The notes under the pieces are model-generated. The model was not told the origin of the DNA, made no database searches, and was given only the letters and a program-made list of their open reading frames with translations. A DNA stretch of 64,000 nucleotides from Phoronis australis (Eukaryota; Animalia; Phoronida): contig NMRA01000766.1 of the NCBI GenBank assembly GCA_002633005.1, positions 1 to 64,000 on the forward strand, given 5' to 3'. Positions within the stretch are counted from its first letter, which is position 1. Every line of letters starts with the position of its first letter. Positions 25,726 to 38,910 of the stretch are shown here, one piece after another. The position numbers were made by a program, and so were the translations under genes.

Positions 25726-28700
25726 TACATGTATACTCACTGTTGTTTGAAAATTGGTTATTTTTGGCAATACAGACACTTAGCCAGGGGCACGTTTTAG
25801 CATGTCATGGTGTCCTCATCTTGACCCACCTGAACCTATATTTATAACTATTTGTAAAAATAACTTTAATGTGACCTTAAAAGTGTATATTCTTAGTGTG
25901 TATTCTTACCCCATTCTAAAACTGTCTATGTTGCTAGAATTTCCCTAGCACCTTTCTCTGGTAGCAATAACACTGGTATCATGTTACAAGTGTCACTTTT
26001 GCTGGTCCTTTATTGGTGGTTTATTAAGTTCACACGAGTGCCGGAAATGCTGGTAGTTTTACTGGCAAAAATTTGTAGTGAAAAAGCCAGCATTTTAGCC
26101 AGACGGGGTCACTTTTGACTGCAGTTATTTTGTTTCCTCAGCAGCAGGAATTGCTTTCCAGTGAAAATCGGCGTCACAACACGTTCCCTCTCTGCCGTAA
26201 ATTGGTTAATCCAACAATAAACAATTGCTTGTTGCCCTAGGCAACCATTGCCAATTTCCACATTTTTCTGCCTCTGAGTACTGTGTGCAAAAACATTTGT
26301 ATTATTTTTCTTTTTCTGATCATAAACTGCCACTCCCACCATTTGCAACCTTAAGTATGCACGCTCCACCTTCCTGCCTACAACTTGAGCCTGGCTACCA
26401 TTTCATTGCAATTGAGTGTGTAAAGTACTGCTTGACATTGATCATCTTGTGCTGTGTCAGTTTGCACCATGACAAACTATGTGTCAACAGGGCTTTAGTT
26501 TCTTATCACTTCTGTGTGAAAGCCATCCATCCCTTTTTCATTGAGATGGGCACTGATCTTAATTAACATGGAAGAAAATTAGGAAAGGACCAGGCTACCA
26601 AGTGTTGTAATTAAAAGTTTCAAGCATTGCTGAATTTATGTTGTTTTCACTCTACAGGGTACATAATTTTGTTATCTTTCTAGTGATTTGTGAATTTGGG
26701 ACAGCCAATATTTCCTATTTCTAGAATTTGGTCAAGTTCTGACCTTACGCGAAATGATTTTTGCTTCTCACGTTGGCTATTTTTTTACTGCATATGTATG
26801 CATAGTTTTCAATTCTGGCAAACATAAAGCACATAAATGAGTGCTCTACAAACACAGGGTCAGTAACTATTATTGTCATTGTTTGTGTGTTATTTTTATG
26901 GGCTAAAGAAATGTTTGCTTTTCTTGTTCAGCGTGACTGCTGACTGGCACTACCAAAGTTGCTCAACTCCAGTGAAATCAGGGTTCACCAAGCCCTCTGT
27001 TTTGTCACAAATTTACTGCTCCCTTGCCTTATTTATCCACATAGTGACATTTATCAGTGTTAATGGGCCAATTATTGCTAAGACAATAAAGATTTTGTCA
27101 ATGATATCCATGCCTTTTTTCCAAACTGCCACAATTGTTTCAGTTTGGTTGCAGGACATTCAAATGTGTCACAAATACAAACAAAAGGGTGTGGACAACA
27201 CAGCATCACCTAGATAATGTTTATGTAACTAGCTCAATGCATTACTCATGTTGAGCATTGTGTCAACATATCTTATCAACTGTCCTTCATTCCAGAACCA
27301 ATCCTACATTGTTTACTCCATGATACTCTGGTCATAGCAACTGTGGTCAGTGAAACACCCAACTAATGTGTCACATTGCAGAGAGATATCTGCAGTGGAG
27401 CAGTCAGGTGGTGGTTGTGCTGTCAATCCTGACTGTGATAAACAAGGACTACCAAAATCAACTTGGGGACATGTACCCTACCTTTTGATTATCTCGATTA
27501 AAAATGGGGTCATTTTGTGTGTAGGTTTGATGAAAAAATTACTCTTTTTAGACAGGTTTGTGCTCATAACAAAGCAGACGGAAATATTATTCATTTAATT
27601 AAATTTAAATAAATCACTCTTTAGACTTGGCCTGTGGTCCTTTTCATCTACGAAGACTGTGACAGCCCCTGTTGCAAATATGGACTCATAATAGAGTTTC
27701 CAGGCACTAAATTTTATCAGAAAAGTCGCATCTTTTGGTAGCAAAATTGGACATTAAAACCCTCTCATCTAAACGTTACTTCCCATATACCCCACCCCAC
27801 CCCACCCCACCCCACCCTGTGCCCCTCAGGCAAGTAGTGGGGTTGATCTCTTTGAAATCACCAGTTCCTTACTGTTGGTTGTGATAATTATTAGGAAGGT
27901 GGCTGTCTGGTAATAATGAAGACAAATTAGAGACCACTTGTACACACTTGTGATTAATTACCACAATCTTAGAGTCTGCCATCCATGTGTGTGATATTAT
28001 TTTTTTGCATAGTACTTTGTAAACTAAAGAATCACATGAAGGTTTCGTCTAACACTGGTAAATGAACATTTGGTGCTGAAGATTTAACAATTTGATTTAA
28101 ATTGCAACATTTCTGTTTTAAAATTCTTTCTGGGTTATCTAGGCTGTTTCTGCTACATCTAGCACTGCAGGCGTTCAAATAGACTAAACCTAATTCAAAT
28201 TTAGACTCCCCAGCTAGGATGTCCGGTTAAGCATTTGGACACCCAAGTATATCTAGCAATTCCTCGTTTAATTAGCACGCAAAATGACCAACAAGTAAAA
28301 TTCTTTTTTGTCATATTTTCTCCTCAAAAATAAAGATTAAGAAAATTTTAAGCTCATTCACCTGTCCAGGATCAAAAAGTTTGTTCAGAAATGATGTACC
28401 GTAAGATGTGAGATATTTTGTTGCAAACCCGTGTCTCCACTGCCACATGCCTCACTAAAACAGTAATTTGAGTCATGGAAACAGAGCCCCTCAACATTTG
28501 TCATGGACACCCTGAGAAATTGGGAAACTTGGGACTGGATGCCCTATTTTTGATGTCCTGCATAAACCCCTGATTGTCGAGACATGATGTATGCTTTTCC
28601 AGGAAACCGATTGTGTTAAATCAATAAGTTATAATGCTACACAATTCAGTTTCAATTGCTCAAAACAGTCTCAAGTGGCCTTTTCAGTGACAATTTTGTG

Positions 28701-30880
28701 CATTTGAGGTCAACACCAAGACTGGATTCAAACCCACAACCTCATTACAGTCCAACGCTAAATTCAAGAAGAACTAAAATCTCATTTTTCCCTTTACCGA
28801 TTTTCACTCCACAGATATGCTCTTCAGTCAGGGATTATTGTTGTTATTCGCAAATGCCTTGTTTAGTTATCATGACTGAATGAGTGGATGTTGTTTTTTC
28901 TAGTATTGCTACTTGCTTTCAATTGCATAGTGATTCGTCTCCTGATTAACACACAATATGGCTGACAAATGTTTTTTTGTCAAATTCCTCTACCGAAATA
29001 GATTAAGAAAATATTGGTCTGTTATTAGTTGGGGTTGTATTGTGTCGATGTCTTAAAACATTGGGTGTAGTTTACTTAACTTAAAGCATGATAATCAACC
29101 TTTGAAAATTAAAACAACTGTTTTGACAGTTTGTGCAACATGAGTGAATTACGCTGTAACTAGGTTAGGAAACAAGTGTTACCCAGAGCTGTGAGATTAC
29201 ACAGTATTTTACATGATTATGTAATACAAGATCTTGCTGTTTTGTAAGTAATCAGACAAACATTTTCAAAGCCCGGCAAGTACAAATACCCGCGAAATGG
29301 TTGAGTCGGAAAAATGGTTGAACAGCTCCCTTGAGTGTTGAATTACGGTTGTGGAGGGTATGTGCTACCACGAATTCAAAATCCAAACTACCACTAAATA
29401 TTCAGTGTTCTCCATGACCTGTTTTAACAGGTCGCCGATTTTGCCACTGATCTGTTTAGATAGCACACAACACATCTGATTTTTTCATTTTCAACAAAAA
29501 GTATCATTTTTGTGTTTTCTCTATGATATGCACATGTTGCACGTTGTCTAAATTTTCAAAGTGAATTTTTGAGGGTGGAGAACACTGATATTAATAAAAA
29601 TAACAAAACCCAAGACAGTTATACTCGAGATGGCAAAATGCCCATCCAAAAAGATGGGTGTGAGGGCAAAATGCAGTACGCACCCATGTTAGTGGCACGC
29701 CTCTTTAAACTTGTCTTTTGGGAGAGCCTCCCTACCCTTGGCTTCCTATCATAGTGCCCTTTTATAGATTCAAGACCATAACACATTCAGTGTGATGAAC
29801 TTCTGAAAACTAGGCGTTGGGAATTTCTAGCCGTGATTATTGACTGTATGTGAGAAATGTCGATTAATCATTAATTTCCTTTTAATCTTATTTGTTTTCA
29901 AACAATTTACAGAGTTTTCTTGGCAAAATTTGAATAAGTCGATATTTTCAAGGTGTGATATGCATGATTGTCCAGTTCACTCAATACACACTGGGAGGTT
30001 ATTTATAGAGCTGTGATTTATCATTGTCACAAAGTGGATGGGCCAGAAGTTATGGCTCACTAACCCAAGTGTGCCCATAATCACTGCTAATGTTGACCTG
30101 TTGAGTGTTTTATTGTGCTACAAAGTGTACAGTGGTGTAGGCATCTTGAACTGTTGTAGTCTCAACTTAGTCCTTGGCGTCTTTCTGGCTATGTGCAAAT
30201 TTGAGGCAATTGAGCTCAGGAACACTCGTGATCAGAACGTTATAACGTGCTTTCTATTTTGAATGATATGGGATATAAGTCTTATTTTGATACGCATATA
30301 TTGGCTGTCAGACAGTTTTTCTTCTTTTTAACACATTTCATTGAAAAATCCAAATTTTTCACCCTCAGGATGCACAAAGTTGCTATAAGCCTATCTTTGG
30401 CTGTCAAGAAGTAAGTCATAAATTACTTTCCAGTTTCTCAACTTGTCCACTAACTCAGATGTGGAGTGAGTTCTTGACTATGAAAGAGTTGACAGTTTAT
30501 TTGAGGCCATGCTGCATTATGTGACATACCATGACAAGTCAACTTATCGAGTCTTGTCTCGAACAATAATGATCGTCAGTTCATCCTTAAAGTCCAGGAA
30601 TTACTTAGGATATAAATTCATCAATTTGAGACAAAAATAATTGCTAAAATTGCCATATTTCTAATTTTCAGAGGCTTACCACATTGTTGCAAATGTTCAA
30701 AATTTTACCAAATGTTGTTTGATACCTTAAAAACATACTAAAAGCTGAGTAAATTTTCCTGAAGAGTTATATTTGTTGAGAAATTTGACAACATGCAAGT
30801 TCACCTGTCTGCCATAATGTATACCAAACTGAAGAATGTTTACCTTACTAAAACCACTTTCTTTGAGGTGGTGATGTAGT

Positions 30881-31300
30881 AACGTCATTTCTAAAATTTA
30901 CTGCCATTTACACCAGACTCTAGCCTATGTACATTGCCACAGCTTTTCAGTCGGTCATTTCTCCGGCCATCATCAGGTGTTAAAGCATTCTTAGAACGTA
31001 CACAGGTATCTGTTTCTCGCGTGATATGCATTTAGGTTGTATTTTTCCGCATGCACGACAGGGTTTGAACCTGGGATTTTTCAGTTATCAGTCCAACACT
31101 CGAAGCACTAGCCCACTGCGTCATCCTTGCATCCGTGCAACGTGAATACAATGTAAGTGCTCACCTTGAGCGTACCAGATACCTGTGGTAGTTCTGTAAC
31201 ACCTGAGGATAGCTGGAGAAGTAACTGAACAAAACTCTGTGTTAATGTAATTAGGCAGGAAGTTGATTTAAATTGAGGAATAGGTTTTAGATATTATGTT
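30881..31300. mobile_element. Non-autonomous element: ~125-bp inverted repeats with hammerhead-ribozyme-like cores flanking a tRNA-derived segment (Penelope-like-dependent?)
   Basis: 30881-31012 matches reverse complement of 31176-31300 (CACAGGTATCTG/CAGATACCTGTG inner ends); minus strand 30976-30945 reads CTGATGA-stem-GAAA; right arm TAACAC-CTGAGGA...AAAA...GTGTTA; centre on minus strand has A-box-like TGGGCTAGTG and B box GGTTCAAACCC (31061-31071). Confidence 0.65.
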
Positions 31301-32084
31301 AAGGCCAGAAATCTAATTTAATCTAATGTGAGTACATGGGAACAAATCAATACTAGATTTGTGGCTGTACCTGTGTTGTGTTTTAGCAGCTTGTTTCATT
31401 GAAACTGCAGCTATATATCTCTCAAAAGTACCCCACCACTTGTAAAGCACAGTTCTTGCTTCGAGCTACTTTAAATTCTCTTTTGGCGTCTTCTGTGCTT
31501 GTCCGCAGCGAATAAGTTGAGTCAACTTGGCTAAGAAAGATTCTTGTGCTATATTCAACCATTCAATAATTATTGATGCCTAAAGAAATAACTATGTGTT
31601 ATTTGATTCTGGAATGATTAATATATATTAAGCAGGTGAAGTGTCGTTCTGCAGAGCACTTTCACAATGTGTGTGACTCGACTGCAGGCAAACACATGCA
31701 CTTGTTTTTTACCTGTTTGGATTTGCCCATAGGTGTCACTTCAAGCCAAGTATTTGGGAGCAACAATAATTTAAAAATAAACTTTTAAATTTTGACACAA
31801 ACGCACAGTGTATGGCATTGATAACTGTGGTGGCACCGATAACTAGGGTCAGCTCCCTTTGTTAGTGAGCATGGCCAATTAAGGGATTTTCAAATCTGAG
31901 AAAACTGCTATTAAAGCTAATTAACCAAAACAAATTAGTCCCCTTTTCAAAATGTTTTTCTAGCCAGTTTATGTTGAAGCTGTATTTTGCCGTGTTTCAC
32001 TGCTTAAAGAAACAAAAATCAAATTAGGGCTTTTACTCTCAAAAAGAATATTCCCCATTGTGATGGAGTTCTGTTTCCATCAGC

Positions 32085-32267
32085 AATTGACCTATTACAA
32101 GCTCCGCCCCCTTGCGAAATGTTGACAAACAAACAATAAGTTTTACCCGGCAACGTTTTGTTTGTCGGGTAAAATGGCAGCTTGGAAACGAAGGTGTGTC
32201 AAGTCGAATGCTGTGTTCTGATTGGTCAGTTAAGCTGTCACTCAAAAACCTGGCGATAGGTCAATTG
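32085..32267. mobile_element. MITE (TTGACCTAT...ATAGGTCAA TIRs), copy 1
   Basis: TIR AATTGACCTAT/ATAGGTCAATT; homologous to 53758-53913. Confidence 0.8.
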
Positions 32268-32463
32268 GTAAAAGAAGTAGAATCTCATCAGGGTCACTTA
32301 ATGAATATTGTAATAATGGTTTTATGAGAATAAAAAGCCTACGGTGATTTGATTTTCATTTTTTGCTAACTTCGGGCAAAATTCAGCTTTGATGTTTGAA
32401 ACAAAGGTACGGTAAGCAACATCCATACACTCAGTATTTTGTATTGTTTTTTCTTCTTTCTAG

Positions 32464-32664
32464 CTGATTGGCTGTTTTGCCATTGCTCTTGGGACATACG
32501 CCTATTTGGAGAAGAATCGGTTTGCCCAGAAGAGCGTGGAGTCTATCTATGATCTGATGTTTGATGTAGCCATTTTGTTCATCGTCGTTGGTTGTATTAT
32601 TTTCGTCATAGCTTTCTTTGGATGTATCGGAGCCTTGCGAGAGAATGTTATCCTGCTCAAAATA
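32464..32664 (+). CDS. TSPAN33: TSPAN33-like exon 2 (end of TM1, small loop, TM2)
   Basis: TTTCTAG acceptor, LIGCFAIALGTYAYLEK...FFGCIGALRENVILLKI, GTGAGT donor; GC.GALREN tetraspanin motif. Confidence 0.95.
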
Positions 32665-33229
32665 GTGAGTACATTTCCTTCAGATTTGCAAACTAATGTT
32701 GTTTTTAACATTCTGTATTCTGTTGCTATTTTTGTTTCGAGTTTTGTAGTAAATTCCAAATTATACGGAGAGGATTTTCTACACTCTTTGTTGTAAATCT
32801 GCTAACTTTGTTTTGTCTTTCTTTCACTGAAGATGATCACAGAACTCGTATAGTTGTTCATGCTTAGCTGAAGAGCAAACAGTTGCATCAAGGTTCTGCT
32901 AGTGTGATTAAGGAGGTGGTCTTTTCCTAAAATTGCATTTCATTCTGTTAAGCTGTCCACAAATACTGCCATGATCAAAACTGACATTGCAAATATGGCC
33001 TTGAGAATTTCCTTGACATGACATTCATTTCGGATGTCATGAAGAAAGTTAACACGTGAAAAAAAACGCTGCACAACTTTGCATCAGTTGACTCCTTGAA
33101 TTTCAACAGAATGATAAAACCTATTTTAAATAGCCTTATAATTTCATGATTTCACCTCAGAGCAGCCAGTAATATTTGGAAAAAGCATACAACTTGTAAA
33201 GTAAGAAATTGCGCTCTGTTCCGTTTCAG

Positions 33230-33403
33230 TTTGCTGTACTACTGGGTATCATCTTTCTGTTGGAGGCTGTGGGCGCCATCTTGATGTTTGTTTTCTCCTC
33301 CCAAGCTAAAGAGTCGGTCACCAACACCTTGAAGGAACAGGCAATTGTTCGTTACCGTGATGACCTGGATCTGCAGAACCTGATTGACTGGTTCCAGAAG
33401 AGT
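33230..33403 (+). CDS. TSPAN33: TSPAN33-like exon 3 (TM3, start of large extracellular loop)
   Basis: FAVLLGIIFLLEAVG...AIVRYRDDLDLQNLIDWFQKS; YRDD.DLQNLID is typical of TspanC8; canonical splice sites. Confidence 0.95.
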
Positions 33404-34215
33404 GTGAGTACTGTGCGAGGGCAGTAACTCAGGCTCAACATTACCCCCACAGTCAGTGGCATTGATTATAAAGCTGACTGAGTGTGTAGATCTTATCTTT
33501 GTGGTTCATGCATGGTTAGAGACACATTCCTTCACTTGCATATCCAAGATTTATTTAGATTCCGCTGAGTTGAATGGAAAATTTGTTTTCGAGTTTTAAT
33601 GCTATAAAAATGACGAAAGAAATTGTTTTTATAACTAAATAAATCTTAAACCGGTGTGTAAATGTGTATCACACACATTTCTAAGTCTGTGGCTACATCA
33701 CGTGTCGGGACCTAATGAATATAAGTCTGGAAAGATTTTGGTTTGCCGCAGAAATCTTTCCAGAATTGTATTAATTGTGCCACATGATGTGGCCACAGTT
33801 GGCGTGCTGACCAGACTTAAAAATGTTTGCGAGACATTGTTTTGTGTATTTTACGACTTAACATGACTTAAATCGTTCCCTTCAGTAAACTGTTTATGTG
33901 TTGATAAATGAGCTTTTGGAATATAACATTGGTAACTAATGGGAAATTTTGAGGGTGTTGAATTGTAACAACTCCTCAAACAAATGACGGTGGTAGTTTC
34001 CTTCAAATTAGACAGCACCCAAGTAGCAATCATTCATTTGATGAATATAGGCCTTGTCTATACGATACAGTTCGTGAATATTTGAGTATTTTGCATAATG
34101 GGAAACAATGGAATACCACTGGCTTAAAATAAGAATTCTTCTACATGAGATAATTGTACTTAAAATTGTCATTTTTCCATTTTTTGAAGGTTTACTATAT
34201 TTCTGCAAAAGCTCA

Positions 34216-34463
34216 GGAGCCCGTTCCAACAAAATTGACTTAGCTAAGACAAATCTTAAATTTTAGTAAATTTTAAAATAAAAGTTAAATTTGTCTCAAA
34301 ACCAATTCAAGAAAGAGATCTTAAGTTTGATTTAAGTGTTTCACATAAGTTTTGTCTTAATTTTTACTAACTTACCAAATGTGGAAGTTTCAAAGTTTGA
34401 AAGTTAAGACCAATCTTAAATTTAAGTCAAATGAACTTAAGTGAGTTTCTTGGAACAGGGCCC
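34216..34463. mobile_element. PIF/Harbinger-like MITE, copy 1
   Basis: TIR GGAGCCCGTTCCAA/TTGGAACAGGGCCC, CTTAA-rich body; reverse-complement homolog at 49605-49857. Confidence 0.75.
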
Positions 34464-34661
34464 AGAATTTTATCAAATATTACATGATAAATGCCATACA
34501 AAAAAATTATGCTTACAACCACGTGAAACTTCCTTGAAAGTAATTTTTGTAGAAAAATGTTGTGAGTTAAATTCCACTTGTCTGCCGTATTATACTCTAA
34601 GTGAAGATTTCAAGTACAAGTTAGCAAGCTGGATGTTTACGCGTACTTCATGTCTTTGCAG

Positions 34662-34793
34662 TTTGAATGCTGCGGTGTTGGCAACAACGGTCCCAAGGAC
34701 TGGTCATTGAACCCGTACTTCAACTGTTCTGACACTAACCCTGGTGCGGAGAGATGTGGTGTTCCGTACTCTTGTTGTATCCAGGATGAGAAG
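34662..34793 (+). CDS. TSPAN33: TSPAN33-like exon 4 (CCG and PxSCC motifs)
   Basis: FECCGVGNNGPKDWSLNPYFNCSDTNPGAERCGVPYSCCIQDEK; canonical splice sites. Confidence 0.97.
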
Positions 34794-35967
34794 GTGAGTG
34801 GTGATGGTGGGACAGGGCTACCAGCTATAATAATGAACAATTGTAGGGAGTCACCATTCGTTCCTAAGTGCGCACGTCCTGAAATACCGCAACACCTCTC
34901 TGATTCTGTGGTGTTTACCCGCAATGTTGCGCAAACGACAGACTTTTGAAGCACAGTTGTTCACTGCTGTCATGCAACTTACTTTTTCACTTAAAGCAAA
35001 GTTTTTGGAAAATTGGGATGTGTGCTTACCAAACTTAACAATTTTGTTTTAATAATTTTGGGTGCTGCATCCGTGTACTAGCTAGGCACCTCACATGTAT
35101 GAATTAAATGAAAATCTTGCAAAGCACAAATGATAGGCTGCATGTGAGTTGATGGCACGAAAATTTCATGTATTTTGTAGCTGAAGTGAGCATTCAAAAC
35201 AACAAGGTGCTTTAAAGAATCGGAAGTTTTAGCTGTGTAATTTGAGTGTGCATAAAACCAATCAAGACATAAGCAATTGAAAGTTTGGGAAATTAAGGAT
35301 GGACATTTAGCTGAACATGGCACACAGACAAGTATTGTGTGTCATTCTTTGCTTAATCTCTAATTCAGCTCAGAGTTGTGATTGGGTCTAACGTTTTAAA
35401 AATAGGTTAGCCATACATGTACAATGTGTTTTTGTATCTCTGTAAAAGAAAGAGCTCATTTGACATTGCTGCAAGATGTACAGTCTTATAGGCATATGTT
35501 GGAAAAGCACTTGGGATAGATAGTGGGATAGTGGTTTTATGAGAATTCTCTGGCCCACTCTGTAAAATGTTTGTGGCTGTGAATCTTTTTGAAACTATAT
35601 TATCACAGCAGAAGTTGACCCTGTAGCCTGTAGGTTGACTTAAACTTCTGATGGTAAGATGCTGGTGTTTTTGTTGCTTCTTCCCATTTGCCCACCTGGT
35701 TGGGATTGCAAATTCCGCTAGTTCCTATTGTTTTTTAAGCTCTTTAGCACGAACTTCTATCAAATGGATTGTGTTTTGAGTTTGTCTTCTAATCCTTATT
35801 TCTTTACAGACGTGTTGTGGGCTGTCTAAAGTTGCAGCTCGTGCTTGTTGGACTTGTGGATTGTGTGAGATTAGAAAAAAAATATAGAAATGCGATATAA
35901 TTGAGTTAGGTATTTAGAAAGTTTTTTCATGTTATAAACACTTAAAGTACTAACTTTCTGTTTTCAG

Positions 35968-36012
35968 ACTACAGTCATCAATACAATGTGTGGTTTTGGA
36001 GCTCAGAAACTG
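35968..36012 (+). CDS. TSPAN33: TSPAN33-like exon 5 (45 nt)
   Basis: TACTAAC branch point, TTTTCAG acceptor, TTVINTMCGFGAQKL, GTAAGG donor; INT.CG TspanC8 motif. Confidence 0.92.
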
Positions 36013-36917
36013 GTAAGGTTTACTTAATTGCTGCTGGTGCAATGTGCCCAACCATGATGTCTGCGCACATCTGATGCAACGCAAATGACATCAGGTCACC
36101 TGCACTGTTTTTTGTTGTTGTTTTTTATGCAATGCTGCTGTAGGATTTTGTATGCTCACGTTCAGTTCATTTTTATTCTCTCAGGATGTGATGAAGCCGC
36201 ACTTCAACAAAAGTGCAACTTGATGGCACTTCAGATATTTTATTGCAAGTTTTAAGGATTACGGATTTGAAACTAGTGTCGTTGTTGTTTATGGTGGTCA
36301 TAGGCACTTTAAGGAAAAATTCTTGATTATCTTACATTAAGCCTGATATTAGCGCCTCACTTTCCTCATGGGGTAACTAGATGCCATTATTCAAAAAAAA
36401 TTCAAACTGGAATTTCAAGTATTTTGGAATTATTCATCACGGTTATTTATCACTAAGCTTCACAATGTCTACCTGTGGTGAACTCCTTGTTTATACGGTT
36501 TATTTAGTAAGTACTTGCGCTGTGTTTCGTTTCTTGGGTGTAAAAGTGTTGTGGATAATTTTAGGAAACTTATTTAGACCACTTACTACTAAAAAGCATC
36601 ATCGTACATTAGATAGGAAGTTGTTTCTTGGCTTGGGAATCGACTGTTCCTTATTGTCGGAGACCATGCCCTGCCATGACAGACCTACTTGTATAGCCTG
36701 GTCTCAAGCAATAATGAACTGTTACTTCTTCCCAAGGTTAGATATCTCACTCAGGCATGCCTATTGAAGCCATTAGCCACTGGATTCCGAAAAATAATGC
36801 CAAAAAAGTAGTCCAGGGATCCCTTGGAATTGACCACAAGACTTTCAGAAACAAAAACTGAGAATCAAATTGTCAGATAGGCAATGAAACAGAGATTTTA
36901 AAATTGGCGGACACACT

Positions 36918-37150
36918 GGCACTGTGGCCTAGTGAGATGAATGTCTGCTTCCTTTACTCAAGGTCATGGGTTCAAGTCCCACTGGGGCACACCGCTAGAC
37001 CCTTGAATCAGATCTCTAGCTCTTCAGCTTGATTTTAACTACATATTAATGAAGCATAAAAAGGGTTTCAGATGATCAGTACAATGGGCCCACCTTAGCG
37101 CCCTGTGTACCCCGTGTACCAGACGATACCTTGTGTTCTAGACTTCTTGC
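36918..37150 (+). mobile_element. tRNA-derived SINE
   Basis: A box TGGCCTAGTG (36925-36934) and B box GGTTCAAGTCC (36969-36979) at tRNA spacing, followed by a non-tRNA body; 3' end approximate. Confidence 0.7.
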
Positions 37151-38679
37151 CATTATGTTATTATAGTCGGACACAGTAAAGATGACACTGAATTAACGTG
37201 ACATCAACGTGTGGTATTTCCTTTTGAAACTGTTTGTCTGCTGAGATCTATGCTTGAGTGTTTTTCTCTAAAGCCTCGTTTGAGGCACAGGCCATTCTCA
37301 ATGTAGAACTCGTAAGAAATGTTCTAACTAAAGTTAGGGTGTTTGCCGTTGATCAGGATAGTTACATAAATGCCAGGACTATGACCTTTCTGACCTCCCT
37401 CATATCTCATTTTCCATTGTAGAATAATAAAGCTAATGGATGTTTCCAAATAGCCAGTCACGTGTGCAGTTGAATAAGGGAGCTGTGAACTAGAAATAGT
37501 TCTCAAAAGCGATGCTTGTTTAGTTTAGTCTACTAAAGATGCGATTTGCACACAAAACATACCTGTACCACTGTAGAATGTCCGGTCCGAAATTTTTTTG
37601 TGACTCTTGCATTTGACCGACACTCATCATTTCTCTTGTGATGGACAACTAAAAGAAACCCAACCAAATAATCGTCATCTACTCACACTGATTGCCCGCT
37701 AATTTTTACAAAGAAGTTGGCCATCAACTTGAGAACATAATGCCCATGACACTCACTAGTACCGAAGATTTCCGGTAAAGTGCCCATCATCACAAAGCTC
37801 TCGTAGATACTTTTTCTGGAAAGGACGTAGTAGTGGTCATGTGACCGTTATCAAAGCGATGCTCATGGCACTTCTTTAGAACAAATAATAACTTGTTGCT
37901 TTGGGCGCTTTATCTGAAATCTCCAGTATTAACAAAGCGATGTAAACCAGGGGCTAGTGATAATTTTGTCGAGGTGAAATGACCACAGAAATTGAGTTTC
38001 TGTAGCTTGGTTAGAAATGAACAAGAGAGGAAACCCATTTGGATATTTTTTTGCATTCTAATGTAACTTGTGAAGAGAGGACCTTATTGACGAATCAGCC
38101 GGTCAAAGTTAACACATACAATCATTCCACAAATTTAGCTGCAGGATGACATAAAGTCGGGTACAAGGAGATTTACTATTGATTATATATTAGTTGCACA
38201 TGTCATTATAAAGACTTATCTGCATTGATTCCAGTGGGGGTAAGTAGTTCTATGCAATATGCTGCAGCAACTCGGTGATCTCAGAGCATTTTAATAATGA
38301 CTACAAGTATGAATTGATCGTAGTGTTTATTATCTGATACTTTGTATGTGACCATGGATTCCTTGAACAGTCGTCAGTTAAGTATGTGACCTTGAACTCT
38401 TGCAGCTGGGCTAGCCAGGCAAAATCCACATTGTGCTGTTCAAGCCTCGTTTTGGCATTAGAATGTCAGCCATGACAAGACTGGTCTATAATAACAAAAT
38501 GTAGTTGTTGATCCATCTAGGAAAGTATTCGAATTGAATCTGTTCTGCTGGACAATACTAACGAAATTTAACTCCTAGAACCTCAAAAGCATCACGCCTC
38601 CCTTGATACTGTAGATTAGCGGGAACCATCGTTTTCTTGCCTTCTCACAAGATCTCGTCTGGTTGCCAACCTCACATAT

Positions 38680-38910
38680 GCTCTCATCCCAAGCAGACGG
38701 CATTTTGAAGTGAGCTCCACCTTACTTGTTCAGTGAGGGATTTAGCCATTTTATGAACCTAACATGAGCACCTCTTTGAAACCAGTTTTTCTTCCTGTGC
38801 AAGATCTTTACACTGTCATTCTTTAATTCGTGACCTGTGTTCTGGAGGTAGTTAAACACAGCAGACGACATTCCCTCTCCAGCAGCCCTTCTATCTTGGC
38901 ATGTGAGTTT
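38680..38910 (-). mobile_element. Penelope-like retroelement relic, C-terminal part of GIY-YIG endonuclease
   Basis: RRAAGEGMSSAVFNYLQNTGHELKNDSVKILHRKKNWFQRG...IKWLNPSLNK*GGAHFKMPSAWD resembles the PLE pattern SAV..H....GH......V.IL..E..WF.RG..E...I....PSLN..GG....W; contains an in-frame stop. Confidence 0.8.

Noticed and set aside
36918-36990. Functional tRNA gene
   Set aside because: A and B boxes present but no clean cloverleaf, and it continues into a SINE-like body; the same applies to fragments near 16740-16800 and 28720-28745
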